Assembly: GCA_964450895.1 (NCBI GenBank)
Contig: CAYVGW010000001.1
Span: forward strand, 9,259 to 73,258
Direction of reading: 5' to 3'
Length of the DNA: 64,000 nt
DNA from: an uncultured Terracidiphilus sp.
Lineage (GTDB): Bacteria; Acidobacteriota; Terriglobia; Terriglobales; Acidobacteriaceae
The stretch's first letter is position 1, and each line of letters starts with the position of its first letter. The position numbers and the translations under genes were made by a program. Shown piece by piece: positions 20,403-28,964 of this stretch. The notes under the pieces are model-generated. The model searched no databases and was not told the origin of the DNA. It saw only the letters and a list, made by a program, of their open reading frames with translations.

Positions 20403-21143
20403 CTAGGAAAAATCGTCGATGGTGGGCTTGATCACCAGTTCCGGCACGTGGGCGCGCGGGGGCAGCTTGATCAGCAGACGCACCGCGTCGGCAATGTCTT
20501 GAGGTTGCAGGATCGATTCGCGGCGGCCTTCATTCACCACCACGCCCACGCGCTCGCCGCGCGCCTCCAGCAGCGTGGTGTTCACCTCGCCGGAGTAAAT
20601 CACGGTGGAGCGAACCCCCCGCCCACGCTCCTCGCGGCTGATGCTGGTGCCCAGCGCGCCCTGGGCGAATTTGGCGGCGGAGTAGGCCGCGCCGGTGATG
20701 GTGTTGGCGCGCAGGCCGGCAAGCGAGGAGATCTGCACAATCAGCCCGCCGCCGCGCGTGCGCATCGAGGGCAGCACAAAGTGAATGGCGTTGAAGGCCG
20801 CGGTGAGATTGGCGGCGATCACCCGGTCCCAGTCGGCGGGGTCGAGCGAGCGCAGGCTGCGCTGGCGGACGTTCATTCCGGCGGCGCAGATCAGCACGTC
20901 GATCACGCCCAGATGCGCCAGGGTCTGCTCGACCATGGCCTGCGCCTGGGCGCGGTCGGTCAGGTCGCAGGGCAGGAGGATGGCTTTCTCAGCGCCCGCG
21001 CCCAGTCCGCCCCGCAGAGCTTCCAGCTTGGCAACGTCCCGGCCAACCAGGGCCAGGGCGTAGCCTTCTTCCGCCAGCATCAACGAGATCGCGCTGCCCA
21101 ATCCGCCGCTCGCGCCAATCACCAAAGCCGTCTTTTGCGTCAT
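20403..21143 (-). CDS. Short-chain dehydrogenase/reductase
   Basis: GASGGLG, CAAG, ISSLAG, YSAAK catalytic motif, LQPQDIADAV. Confidence 0.92.
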   Translation of the reverse strand: MTQKTALVIGASGGLGSAISLMLAEEGYALALVGRDVAKLEALRGGLGAGAEKAILLPCDLTDRAQAQAMVEQTLAHLGVIDVLICAAGMNVRQRSLRSLDPADWDRVIAANLTAAFNAIHFVLPSMRTRGGGLIVQISSLAGLRANTITGAAYSAAKFAQGALGTSISREERGRGVRSTVIYSGEVNTTLLEARGERVGVVVNEGRRESILQPQDIADAVRLLIKLPPRAHVPELVIKPTIDDFS

Positions 21144-21188
21144 TACTGAATCTCCCATGCGTCGCACACCGGCTCTCGCCGATCAAAT

Positions 21189-21238
21189 TGTAGCGCCGAC
21201 CTCCTGGTCGGCTGTAACGTGGACCTCCTGGTCCACGC
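21189..21238 (+). repeat. GTAG-type REP-like double hairpin (family 1)
   Basis: TGTAGCGCCGACCTCCTGGTCGGCTGTAACGTGGACCTCCTGGTCCACGC. Confidence 0.8.
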
Positions 21239-21248
21239 TTGTTTCTTT

Positions 21249-22364
21249 TCAAAGTTCCGCCAGAAAAAGGCCAATCGAATAGACTTCCTTGTATTCGATC
21301 AGCCTGATCTCCGCATCCGCGAGGATCGACTTCCACTCCTCGGCCGGTAGCGGCATTCCCTTGCCACGCAATCGATGAATCAGCAGGTAATCGAGCTGCG
21401 CGAATTGCGAAGGCGGCTTCTTGACTGTGTCCGGCGTCTCCGGCGGCATGGTTTCAGAAAAAAGAAAGAGCTTGCCGGGAAAGGCTTGCTTGATCTCGCG
21501 CAGCACTTCGACGATGCGCTGCCTGCCGTAACGGCCAATCTCGTGCAATAGGTAGATGGAGGCGACCACATCGATCCGCTTGCGCGTCTCCTCATCCAGC
21601 GGCAGCGGCTCCGCGCCGATCTCCGCGCGAATCACGCGCAGGCGCGACTCCAGTCCATAGCGGCGAATCTTCTCCTCCGAGCCGGCGATCTTCTCCGGCA
21701 GCTTGTCGATGCCGATGCCCCGAAACTCCGGATCGGAGCGCGCCATCTGCACCAGAAAGCCGCCTGAGCCGCAAGCCAGATGCAGAAAATTATGGAGATT
21801 GCGCTCGGCCAGAATCTTCAGCACCGCCGGAACCAGCCGCACGCTGGTCAACTGTTCCGTGCCCAGGCCGGAGTGCACCGTGGAGTGCGTCTTTTCAATC
21901 TCCGCGCGCGTGGTTTCCTGGCGCAGCAGTGGGCCGATACTGTGCAATTGCCCGCCGTAGCCGCCCAGATTGATATTCAAGACGCCGCGCATCACCACAT
22001 TGGAGAGCCGCGAGCCATACCCGGTCAGCTCGAATTGCCCGTCTGCCGCGCTCAGAATTCCGCAGCCGACAAGATAATGCAGCAGCGACAGAAGGACTTC
22101 GGCGTCCAAGCGCAGCGTCTCCGCGACCTCGGCGGCGGTGAAGCGCGGATGCGTCAGCGAGTACTCGTAAAATCCGCTATCCCACAGAGCCAGAAGCACT
22201 TGCATCAAGATTGTGTGGCTGATCATGCGCATGCCTTCGGCCATGCACTTGACGCCCTCCAGCTCGCCGGAGAGTTTGCGCGCACGCGCCCCTTCGGCCA
22301 GCAAGTCGTATGGGTCGGCGGGCGGCGGCAAGGTTGGCGGCTTGGCGGCTGGATTGGTGCTCAT
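21249..22364 (-). CDS. Class I SAM methyltransferase with N-terminal dimerisation domain, resembling MppJ/MrsA 2-oxo-acid C-methyltransferases
   Basis: LLALWDSG...LLHYLVGCGIL, GGYG, FLHLACGSGG (motif I variant), RGIGID, YLLHEI, FSE, YLLIH..RGKG. Confidence 0.75.
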   Translation of the reverse strand: MSTNPAAKPPTLPPPADPYDLLAEGARARKLSGELEGVKCMAEGMRMISHTILMQVLLALWDSGFYEYSLTHPRFTAAEVAETLRLDAEVLLSLLHYLVGCGILSAADGQFELTGYGSRLSNVVMRGVLNINLGGYGGQLHSIGPLLRQETTRAEIEKTHSTVHSGLGTEQLTSVRLVPAVLKILAERNLHNFLHLACGSGGFLVQMARSDPEFRGIGIDKLPEKIAGSEEKIRRYGLESRLRVIRAEIGAEPLPLDEETRKRIDVVASIYLLHEIGRYGRQRIVEVLREIKQAFPGKLFLFSETMPPETPDTVKKPPSQFAQLDYLLIHRLRGKGMPLPAEEWKSILADAEIRLIEYKEVYSIGLFLAEL

Positions 22365-22394
22365 CGGTTTCTCCTCATGCGTTTCACGAACAAC

Positions 22395-22452
22395 ATACGC
22401 GTTTGAAACGAGCAGTATGCGCGTTTGAAACGAACAATATGCGCGTTTGAAT
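22395..22452. repeat. 22-bp tandem repeat (about 2.7 copies plus a degenerate upstream part)
   Basis: ATACGCGTTTGAAACGAGCAGT / ATGCGCGTTTGAAACGAACAAT / ATGCGCGTTTGAAT. Confidence 0.85.
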
Positions 22453-22456
22453 TGAA

Positions 22457-22506
22457 TGTAGCGCCGGTCTCCAGACCGGCTGTCGCGCGGGCGTCCTCGC
22501 CCGCGC
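22457..22506 (+). repeat. GTAG-type REP-like double hairpin (family 1)
   Basis: TGTAGCGCCGGTCTCCAGACCGGCTGTCGCGCGGGCGTCCTCGCCCGCGC. Confidence 0.8.
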
Positions 22507-22527
22507 TCGTCCAGGCTAATAACTCAA

Positions 22528-24246
22528 TTACACGGTCTTGGCGTCCGATGCGTTTTTCCGGGCGTGGGCGCGTTTCAGCAAATAGATGCGCGAGAAAGTC
22601 TGCGTCTGCGGACTGGGCGTGCGCTGCGCGCTCACGTTGACGCAAGCCGGCTTGCCCGATGCGAAGGCACGCTCCAGCGCGGGGCCGAGCTGCTCGGCGC
22701 TCTCGACAAACTCTCCATGCGCGCCCAGGGATTCGGCCAGCAGATCCCAGCGCGTGTTGGTCAATTCCGTTCCCACCACGCGATCCGGGCCGAACCATTT
22801 CTGCTGATAGTAGACCTCGACGCCGAAGGCCGCATCGTTGGCCACTACGACCACCACCGGAATGCCGTAACGCACGGCTGTCTCCATCTCCATGACGGAA
22901 AAGCCCAGCGCGCCGTCGCCGGTCATCACCACTACCTTCGCATCGGGAAAGGCCAGCTTGGCGCCGATCGCGTACGGCAGGCCGACGCCGAGGTGGCCCA
23001 GCACCGTGCTGGCCTGCCAGCCTCCGGAGCGGCGGGCGGTCATGCAATAGCGCGCCCAGGAGGAGAAATCGCCGCCGTCAAAGGCCAGAATGCTCTGCTC
23101 GTCGAGGAGTTTTTCCACCTCCAGCGCAATCCGCGCCGGATGTACGCCGGGCTGGGTGGAGACGGCGCTTCGCTCAGCGCGCGCGGCCTGCTCGCGGCGC
23201 ATCTCGCGCAGCGTGGCCACCCACTCAACCGGCTCGTTCCAACTCCGGCCCTGCGCCGCCGCAAGAAGCTGCGCGGTCACCGCGCGCGTGTCGGCCGCCA
23301 CGCCGCATTCGATTGCGTGGTTCTTCCCAATCTCGCTGGCATCCGGGCAAACGTGAATGATTTTGGCGGAGCCGAAGCACGTGCCGTAAGCCAGCGCGTG
23401 GTCCAGCCGGTCGCCCAGCAGCAGCAGCACATCCACGCGGCCTTCCAACTGCGCCGCCTGATTCACCGTGCCGTAGCCGTCGCCGAAGCAGTAGGGATGA
23501 TGGTCGGGGACCAATCCGCGCGCCTGCTCGACGGTCATCAGCGGAATTTTGACGGTCTCGATGAACTGCCGCAGCACGCCGCCGGCATGGGACCAGAATG
23601 CCGCCGCGCCGGCGACGATCAGCGGCCGCTCCGCCTTGGAAAGCAGCTCCAAAGCCTGCTCGACGAAGGCCGGTTCGGCCTGCGCGGCAGCGGTAGGCTG
23701 GGTTCTGGACGGAGGGAAGATTGCGCTTTCCTCCACTTCAATCTGCCCCGGAAACACGTCCGAGGTGATGCTGATCTGGACCGGTCCGGGCATTCCGCTC
23801 GTGGCGATGCGGAAGGCTTTGTCGATGTACTCCGGAATCCGCGGGCCGCTGGAGAGCAGCGCCGACCATTTGGTGACGGGCGCGCACATCGGAACCTGCG
23901 GCAGTTCCTGGCGTCCGCCTCGGCCCAGGTTGGCCGGCACGTCGATGCCGCTGAGCACAATGACCGGAGAGCATTCGGCATACGCGATGGAAATTCCCGC
24001 CACGGAGTTGGCCAGGCCGGGGCCGGGCGAGACCAGCACGACGGAGGGCTGACCGGTCGCGCGCGACCAGCCCTCGGCGGTGTGGATCAGCGCGGATTCA
24101 TGGCGGCCCGTGACCACCTCGACGCCCTCGTCCAGACAGGCCTCATACACCGGAAACAGCGGCGCGCCGGGAATGGTGAAGAGGCGGCGGACGCCATGCG
24201 CCTTCAACGCCCGGATCAGAAGAAGACCGCCTGTTATCTTTTCCAT
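22528..24246 (-). CDS. ThDP-dependent enzyme (acetolactate synthase-like / 2-hydroxyacyl-CoA lyase-like)
   Basis: RHE catalytic Glu, GPGLAN, DGGDF, GHLGVGLPYA, GDGALGF...VVAND ThDP-binding motif. Confidence 0.9.
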   Translation of the reverse strand: MEKITGGLLLIRALKAHGVRRLFTIPGAPLFPVYEACLDEGVEVVTGRHESALIHTAEGWSRATGQPSVVLVSPGPGLANSVAGISIAYAECSPVIVLSGIDVPANLGRGGRQELPQVPMCAPVTKWSALLSSGPRIPEYIDKAFRIATSGMPGPVQISITSDVFPGQIEVEESAIFPPSRTQPTAAAQAEPAFVEQALELLSKAERPLIVAGAAAFWSHAGGVLRQFIETVKIPLMTVEQARGLVPDHHPYCFGDGYGTVNQAAQLEGRVDVLLLLGDRLDHALAYGTCFGSAKIIHVCPDASEIGKNHAIECGVAADTRAVTAQLLAAAQGRSWNEPVEWVATLREMRREQAARAERSAVSTQPGVHPARIALEVEKLLDEQSILAFDGGDFSSWARYCMTARRSGGWQASTVLGHLGVGLPYAIGAKLAFPDAKVVVMTGDGALGFSVMEMETAVRYGIPVVVVVANDAAFGVEVYYQQKWFGPDRVVGTELTNTRWDLLAESLGAHGEFVESAEQLGPALERAFASGKPACVNVSAQRTPSPQTQTFSRIYLLKRAHARKNASDAKTV

Positions 24247-24301
24247 CGGAAGCTCCGTTTCAGAAATAGTACGGTGACAGTTTTATGGCGAAACAAGCAT
24301 C

Positions 24302-24371
24302 GAGTAAGTAAGTAAAGTAGTGAATGAATGAGTGAAAAAGTGAACAATTTCGCTATTTTTCACTCATTCAC
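24302..24371. repeat. Paired short GTGAA/TTCAC repeats forming a hairpin
   Basis: GAATGAGTGAAAAA ... TTTTTCACTCATTC; TTTCACTCATTCAC also at about 32158-32171. Confidence 0.65.
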
Positions 24372-24389
24372 GATCAAACAGTCACGATA

Positions 24390-25154
24390 CTAGTTGGCTT
24401 GATCCGGCTTTTTCAAGCGGAACATGACTTTGGCCGGATTGCCGGCCACCACGGCGTAAGGCGGCACGTGGCTGCGCACCACCGAACCCGCCGAGATGAC
24501 GCTGCCCTCGCCGATTTTCACGCCGGGAAAGATAATGCAGTGCCTGCCGATCCACACGTTGTCACGGATAAAGACCGGCCGCACGTCCTCCGCCTGGGGC
24601 GCCTCATGCTTCCAGCGCGAACCCGGATCAGTGTCATGGCCGTTGGAGTCCATGATCTGAATGCCGCCGGAGAGTGTGCAGTTGCGGCCAATCTCGATCA
24701 GCTTTGCAATAGTGAAGCCGCAACCGCCGCCAATGCCGGTATTGTCCCCGATGCGCAGCGTGGGACGGTCGGAAAAGCGCGTCGCAAAACCGATGCCGAT
24801 CTTTCCCGCTATGCTGACATTGTCGCCGACGATGATGTCGCCCTTGCCGGTGATCCAGTGAAGATGCGCGGCGGTATGCATGTTGCGCCCGTATTGCTTG
24901 CAAAAGGCCTTGAAGTACGGCTCGCAGATGAAAACGCGCATGACAAAGTAATACATGGTGCGCGCCAGCAGAAAGACCCACAACAGCGGACGCGCGATCA
25001 CCTTGGGCGCGGGCACGGAAAATCCATGAAAGGCGTGATAGCCCCAGCGCAGCAGGCGCGCCGCAGGACTTTGCGAGGTTGCCAGGCGCCTGCGCAGGGA
25101 CAGCTTGGGCGCTTGGCTGGCCGGAGTTTCAATGGAAACTTCACTCGCGCTCAT
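24390..25154 (-). CDS. Hexapeptide-repeat (LbetaH) acyltransferase
   Basis: IIVGDNV, LRIGDNT, IEIGRNC, DSNGH, IRDNVWIG, GVKIGEGSVISAGSVV, VAGNPAK; ATGA overlap with ligase. Confidence 0.9.
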   Translation of the reverse strand: MSASEVSIETPASQAPKLSLRRRLATSQSPAARLLRWGYHAFHGFSVPAPKVIARPLLWVFLLARTMYYFVMRVFICEPYFKAFCKQYGRNMHTAAHLHWITGKGDIIVGDNVSIAGKIGIGFATRFSDRPTLRIGDNTGIGGGCGFTIAKLIEIGRNCTLSGGIQIMDSNGHDTDPGSRWKHEAPQAEDVRPVFIRDNVWIGRHCIIFPGVKIGEGSVISAGSVVRSHVPPYAVVAGNPAKVMFRLKKPDQAN

Positions 25155-26557
25155 TTGTACCTCTGTGCATCCAGCTCGCTGGCCGGTTCGATGGCTACGG
25201 CGTGCGGCATCTCGGCGCGCCGCAGAACCTGTTTCAGGATTGCGTGCAGATCGGCTTTGCCTTCTTCCGTAAGCATAGCCGCATCCACGCGCAACTCCAA
25301 ATTGTAATCCTCGCTGCCATCGCCGTGCTTGAAGACCTTGGTCGCGGCCTTGACCACATGGGGAAGACCGCTGGTCAGCCGCCGCACCGTGGCCAGGCTG
25401 ATCTTCTCGCCCTTGCGGCTGATGAAGTCGCTGAGCCGCCCTTTGAAGAAAAGGTAGCCGTCGGCGTCAATCTCGAAGGCGTCGCCGGTGGCGATCATCT
25501 GCGGCGCAACCAAATCATTGGGCCGGCCCTCGACGCGGCCAATCGTCCGCTTCATAACGGTGGCCGACTTCACAAAGAGCTGCTTCCGTCCGCTGCCATC
25601 CTCGACCGGACGCAGCGAGACCTCGGTCCCCTCGTGCGGCAATCCCACAGAGGCGTAGCGGCTGGCGGGCGCGTCATGCGCGGCCAGCGTGCAGACCCGC
25701 GGCCCAGCCTGCGTCAGCCCGTAGGTGAGATAGACTTCCTTGCCCTTGCGCAACTCCACCAGCCGCGCCGCCAGGTCCGGCTGGAGCTGATCGCCGCCCA
25801 CCGAGAGCACGCGCGGCGCGGTCAGCGCGCTGGGGTCGGACTGAAAGAAGGAACGGATATGCACCGGCGTCAGCGAGGAGACGGTGATCTCGTACTGCTT
25901 CAGCGCCTCCAGATAACCTGCCTGATGGAAGGGCGGGCCGCTGATGATCAGCCGGTTGCCGCGGGTCAGCGAACCCAGCGCCTGGCTCGACAGCGCGAAG
26001 GAAAAGTAGAGCGGAAGATTCAGCAGCACGGTGTCGTCCGCGCGCTGGCCAATCGCATCCGCGTGGCGCTTGCCATTGAGCAGAATCGCCTCGAAATCGA
26101 AGACGCAGCCCGAGGAAACCCCGGAAGTCCCCGAGGTCATCAGAACCATCTCGCCGGGGGCGGCGGCCGGCTCCGGCGGCGCCTGGAGCAGCGCAATGTG
26201 CAGATGTCCGATGTGCTTGTAAGAGACGGCGCCCAGATCGCCGGTCGTCAGGCGCAGCGCCCCGACGGCAAAAGCGCCCATCGCCGTGGCAATCTCCCGC
26301 AGCCGCGCCGACGGCATCAGCGGCGGCAGCAGCGCCGGCACGCCGCCGGCCATCAGCACGCCAAAAAAGTTGTGCAGCAGCTCGCGGCTGTTGGGCAGGC
26401 AGAGCAGAACCAGATCGCCGGGGCGCAGGCCAAGCTCCTTCCAAGCCTTCCCCAGCGCCGCGCAATCCGGCGTACCGTGCGGAAAGCCGCTGGGCAGCGC
26501 GTCCACCGTCCGCTCAACAAATGAATCCAACAGGTGCGGAGAGAGAAACTTCTTCAT
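25151..26557 (-). CDS. Adenylate-forming (ANL) acyl-ACP ligase, Cfa5/AmcH-like
   Basis: MTSGTSG P-loop, LPLYFSFAL, TYGLTQAGP, TGD, KGRLSDFISRKGEKI; coupled to KS genes. Confidence 0.85.
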   Translation of the reverse strand: MKKFLSPHLLDSFVERTVDALPSGFPHGTPDCAALGKAWKELGLRPGDLVLLCLPNSRELLHNFFGVLMAGGVPALLPPLMPSARLREIATAMGAFAVGALRLTTGDLGAVSYKHIGHLHIALLQAPPEPAAAPGEMVLMTSGTSGVSSGCVFDFEAILLNGKRHADAIGQRADDTVLLNLPLYFSFALSSQALGSLTRGNRLIISGPPFHQAGYLEALKQYEITVSSLTPVHIRSFFQSDPSALTAPRVLSVGGDQLQPDLAARLVELRKGKEVYLTYGLTQAGPRVCTLAAHDAPASRYASVGLPHEGTEVSLRPVEDGSGRKQLFVKSATVMKRTIGRVEGRPNDLVAPQMIATGDAFEIDADGYLFFKGRLSDFISRKGEKISLATVRRLTSGLPHVVKAATKVFKHGDGSEDYNLELRVDAAMLTEEGKADLHAILKQVLRRAEMPHAVAIEPASELDAQRYK

Positions 26558-27159
26558 GCGCTGGCTCCCTCCATCAAATCAACGGCCGGATCAACGGCTG
26601 CCAGCCAGGAAATCACCGATTCCGTCAGCGGCGCGCCCGGCCCAGAAAATTCCGTCGGCGCAAGCAGCACGGCGCGGCTTAGGATCGCCCCGGAGGCATC
26701 GGCGCGGCAGCCGGCCACAACCAGAAAAGGCGCAACCTTCCGCGTCAGCCAGCCCTCGCATAATCCCAGCGCCACGGGAACGCCCTCCGGCGGCTCCATG
26801 GTCAGGTTCAGCGTCGGCCCGCGCAATCCGAAGGCGATGCAGGAGACTCCCGCCAGCGTCCACGGCCCCGAGGCCGCGTAATGCAGCGGTGAGGAAAATC
26901 CTGCCTCCCCGTCCGTCTGCATCTTGGCCATCGACTTTCCCGGCCCCTGATCGCTGATCGTGAGGATGCCGATCTGATGCCGGAACTCGGCCAGGATGCC
27001 CTCCGCTCCGGCCAGCGCATGGTGGACCGCGTTGGCGGTAATCCACGCCGCCGGATCGGCAAAGCGCACCGTCGCGCGAATCTTTGCGTCAAACAGGCCG
27101 GGATCGTGGCTCGCAGCCTCACCCGTTCCCACAACCATCAATGGTTTCATCTCGCTCAT
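26554..27159 (-). CDS. Short non-catalytic KS partner (Cfa4/AmcG 'cyclisation factor'-like)
   Basis: About 200 aa; RFADPAAW, SPLHYAASGP, CIAFGLRGPTLNL (KS N-domain-like) with no Cys-His-His; ATGA overlaps on both sides. Confidence 0.72.
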   Translation of the reverse strand: MSEMKPLMVVGTGEAASHDPGLFDAKIRATVRFADPAAWITANAVHHALAGAEGILAEFRHQIGILTISDQGPGKSMAKMQTDGEAGFSSPLHYAASGPWTLAGVSCIAFGLRGPTLNLTMEPPEGVPVALGLCEGWLTRKVAPFLVVAGCRADASGAILSRAVLLAPTEFSGPGAPLTESVISWLAAVDPAVDLMEGASA

Positions 27160-28283
27160 GACGCCGCCTCGAAGACCAGGCTCGTATCGAAGCCTCCAAA
27201 GCCGAGCGTCAAACTCAACGCCGCGCGTGGAGTGCAAGAGACGGGCTGAGAAATCGCCAGCGGCAGGGTAACCTCCGGCAGCGGCTGCTCCAATCCGTAA
27301 ATCGGAGGAACCTGCCCTGTGCGCAGCGCCAGAATCACGGCAATCGCTTCAATCGCCCCGGTTGCGCCCAGCGTATGCCCAAAATTGCCCTTGGTGGCGA
27401 AGACCAAGGGCCGATCCGCTCCCGTAAACAGCGCGTTGAAGGCGTTGCCCTCGGTCGTGTCGTTCATTACCGTCCCGGAGCCATGCGCGTTGATCAGCCC
27501 GACCGCGGACAAAGGCAGATTCGCGTCTTTCAGCGACCGCTGCATCGCGTAGCCTGCGGACAATCCGGTGCTATCCGCCATGGTCATTCCTGTAGCGTCA
27601 TTGGCGGAGCCGGCTCCGGCGAGAATCGCCAGACTGGATTGCTTGGACGCATCCGCCTCAAGAACGACAAATCCCGCCCCCTCGCCCAGCAGCGTTCCAT
27701 CGTGGCGCTGATCAAAGGCCCGCAGAAGCGTCGGCGACAAGGTGCCCAGCGCCGAATGCGCCATGCGCTTATTGGGCGTCAGCACATCCGCGCCGCCGCA
27801 GACGCAGCACTTCGCCGCGCCCGAACGAATCAGCTCCGCCCCCACCAGAATGGCGTCAGCCCCTGAAGAACAAGCAGTGGAAATCACAATCGGCGGCACG
27901 GCTGCTCCCAGCTCACGCGCCACTTCCCGTGCCCAGCCGGAGAGCGGCGCGCGCGAAGCCGCCTCATCCAGATAAGCGCCCAGGCTGGTGCTCAGCACAA
28001 AACGCACCTCCGGATCGCCTGGCTCGCGTCCGGCTTGCGCCAGCGCCCTGCGGAGGGTGGCAACCGCCATCTTCACCAGCCGCTCGGTCGGCGGAAGCTC
28101 CGAGGGCGGAAGCTCCGCGCCCATCGCCGGCGCAACCAGCAGATTGCGCAGCCGACCGCTGTGCGCAACCGGCCTCATGCCGGTCTTCCCCGCGAGCAGC
28201 GCCTGCCACACCGGCTCCAGCCCGTCGCCCAGCGCCGTCAGCCACGCCATTCCCGTAACTGCGATTCTTGGATCAAATGCCAT
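27156..28283 (-). CDS. Beta-ketoacyl-ACP synthase, type II (Cfa3/AmcF-like)
   Basis: STACSSGADA (Cys), GEGAG, INAHGSGT (His), KGNFGHTLGATG (His), GFGG. Confidence 0.92.
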   Translation of the reverse strand: MAFDPRIAVTGMAWLTALGDGLEPVWQALLAGKTGMRPVAHSGRLRNLLVAPAMGAELPPSELPPTERLVKMAVATLRRALAQAGREPGDPEVRFVLSTSLGAYLDEAASRAPLSGWAREVARELGAAVPPIVISTACSSGADAILVGAELIRSGAAKCCVCGGADVLTPNKRMAHSALGTLSPTLLRAFDQRHDGTLLGEGAGFVVLEADASKQSSLAILAGAGSANDATGMTMADSTGLSAGYAMQRSLKDANLPLSAVGLINAHGSGTVMNDTTEGNAFNALFTGADRPLVFATKGNFGHTLGATGAIEAIAVILALRTGQVPPIYGLEQPLPEVTLPLAISQPVSCTPRAALSLTLGFGGFDTSLVFEAAS

Positions 28284-28403
28284 AAAAGGATGAACTCTCG
28301 CGGTGAGGAAATGCCAAAAACCCGTGCGCTATGGCGCTGCCCGCGAATCCCAGAGTTCCGGTACGCAGGCCAGCCAGCTTCGAGGCGAGTAAGAGGATAA
28401 GAA

Positions 28404-28679
28404 TTACGGCTTGCCGCTTGCCGCTTTTTGTGTCTGTAAACGGTCGATCAGCTCCGACAGCACCCGCACCGACCGGAAATTCTCCGGCGTATAGTCGTTG
28501 TCGCTGATCTCAATGTTAAATTTCTGTTCGCACAGCACGCGCAATTCCACAAAACCGACGGAGTCCAGCCCGACCACCGACCGAAGTCCATCATCCAGGC
28601 CAATAGCGTCCTCGGCGATCTCGACAAACAGGTCGTTGACGATCATCTTCCGCAAACTTGCGATCAAGTCCTCACGCAT
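28404..28679 (-). CDS. Acyl carrier protein (Cfa1/AmcB-like)
   Basis: 91 aa, acidic, GLDSVGFVEL phosphopantetheinylation motif, FNIEISD..TPENF; AGGAGG RBS. Confidence 0.9.
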   Translation of the reverse strand: MREDLIASLRKMIVNDLFVEIAEDAIGLDDGLRSVVGLDSVGFVELRVLCEQKFNIEISDNDYTPENFRSVRVLSELIDRLQTQKAASGKP

Positions 28680-28850
28680 CTTCCTATCCTCCTATTGGAT
28701 ACACGTGCAACCGCCCTCCCCGATAATCGGCGAAAACGCCCAACTCCTGCACTTTGAACGATTATAGCCGACACTCGGAAGGCTCACAATGAATATATGG
28801 GCGTTGCTCGGCGCCCCAGTTCCAAAGAGAACTCGAATCGCCTACTGAAG

Positions 28851-28885
28851 CTGGGTGCCCCAGGTCTCGATTTTGAGACCTGGGA
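28851..28885 (+). repeat. GGGTGCCCC...TGGGA hairpin repeat (family 2)
   Basis: CTGGGTGCCCCAGGTCTCGATTTTGAGACCTGGGA; one mismatch to 60171-60205. Confidence 0.85.
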
Positions 28886-28915
28886 AACCATGAACCATCC
28901 TATGCACCTCATCCT

Positions 28916-28964
28916 GACCACTGACAACTGTCTACTGTCCACTGTTGACTGTCAACTGACCACT
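28916..28964. repeat. Heptamer tandem repeat (ACTGWCN-type)
   Basis: GACCACT GACAACT GTCTACT GTCCACT GTTGACT GTCAACT GACCACT; overlaps hutI stop. Confidence 0.75.

Noticed and set aside
22395..22452. Possible CRISPR mini-array (GTTTGAAAC resembles repeat ends)
   Set aside because: Period is 22 bp with no unique spacers and no cas genes in the window
22528..24246. Housekeeping ilvB
   Set aside because: No regulatory subunit or ilvC nearby, and it is embedded in a secondary-metabolite cluster
26554..28679. Fatty-acid synthesis fabF/acpP or aromatic type II PKS
   Set aside because: Partner is only about 200 aa, a dedicated ANL is coupled, and no cyclases or fab genes are present
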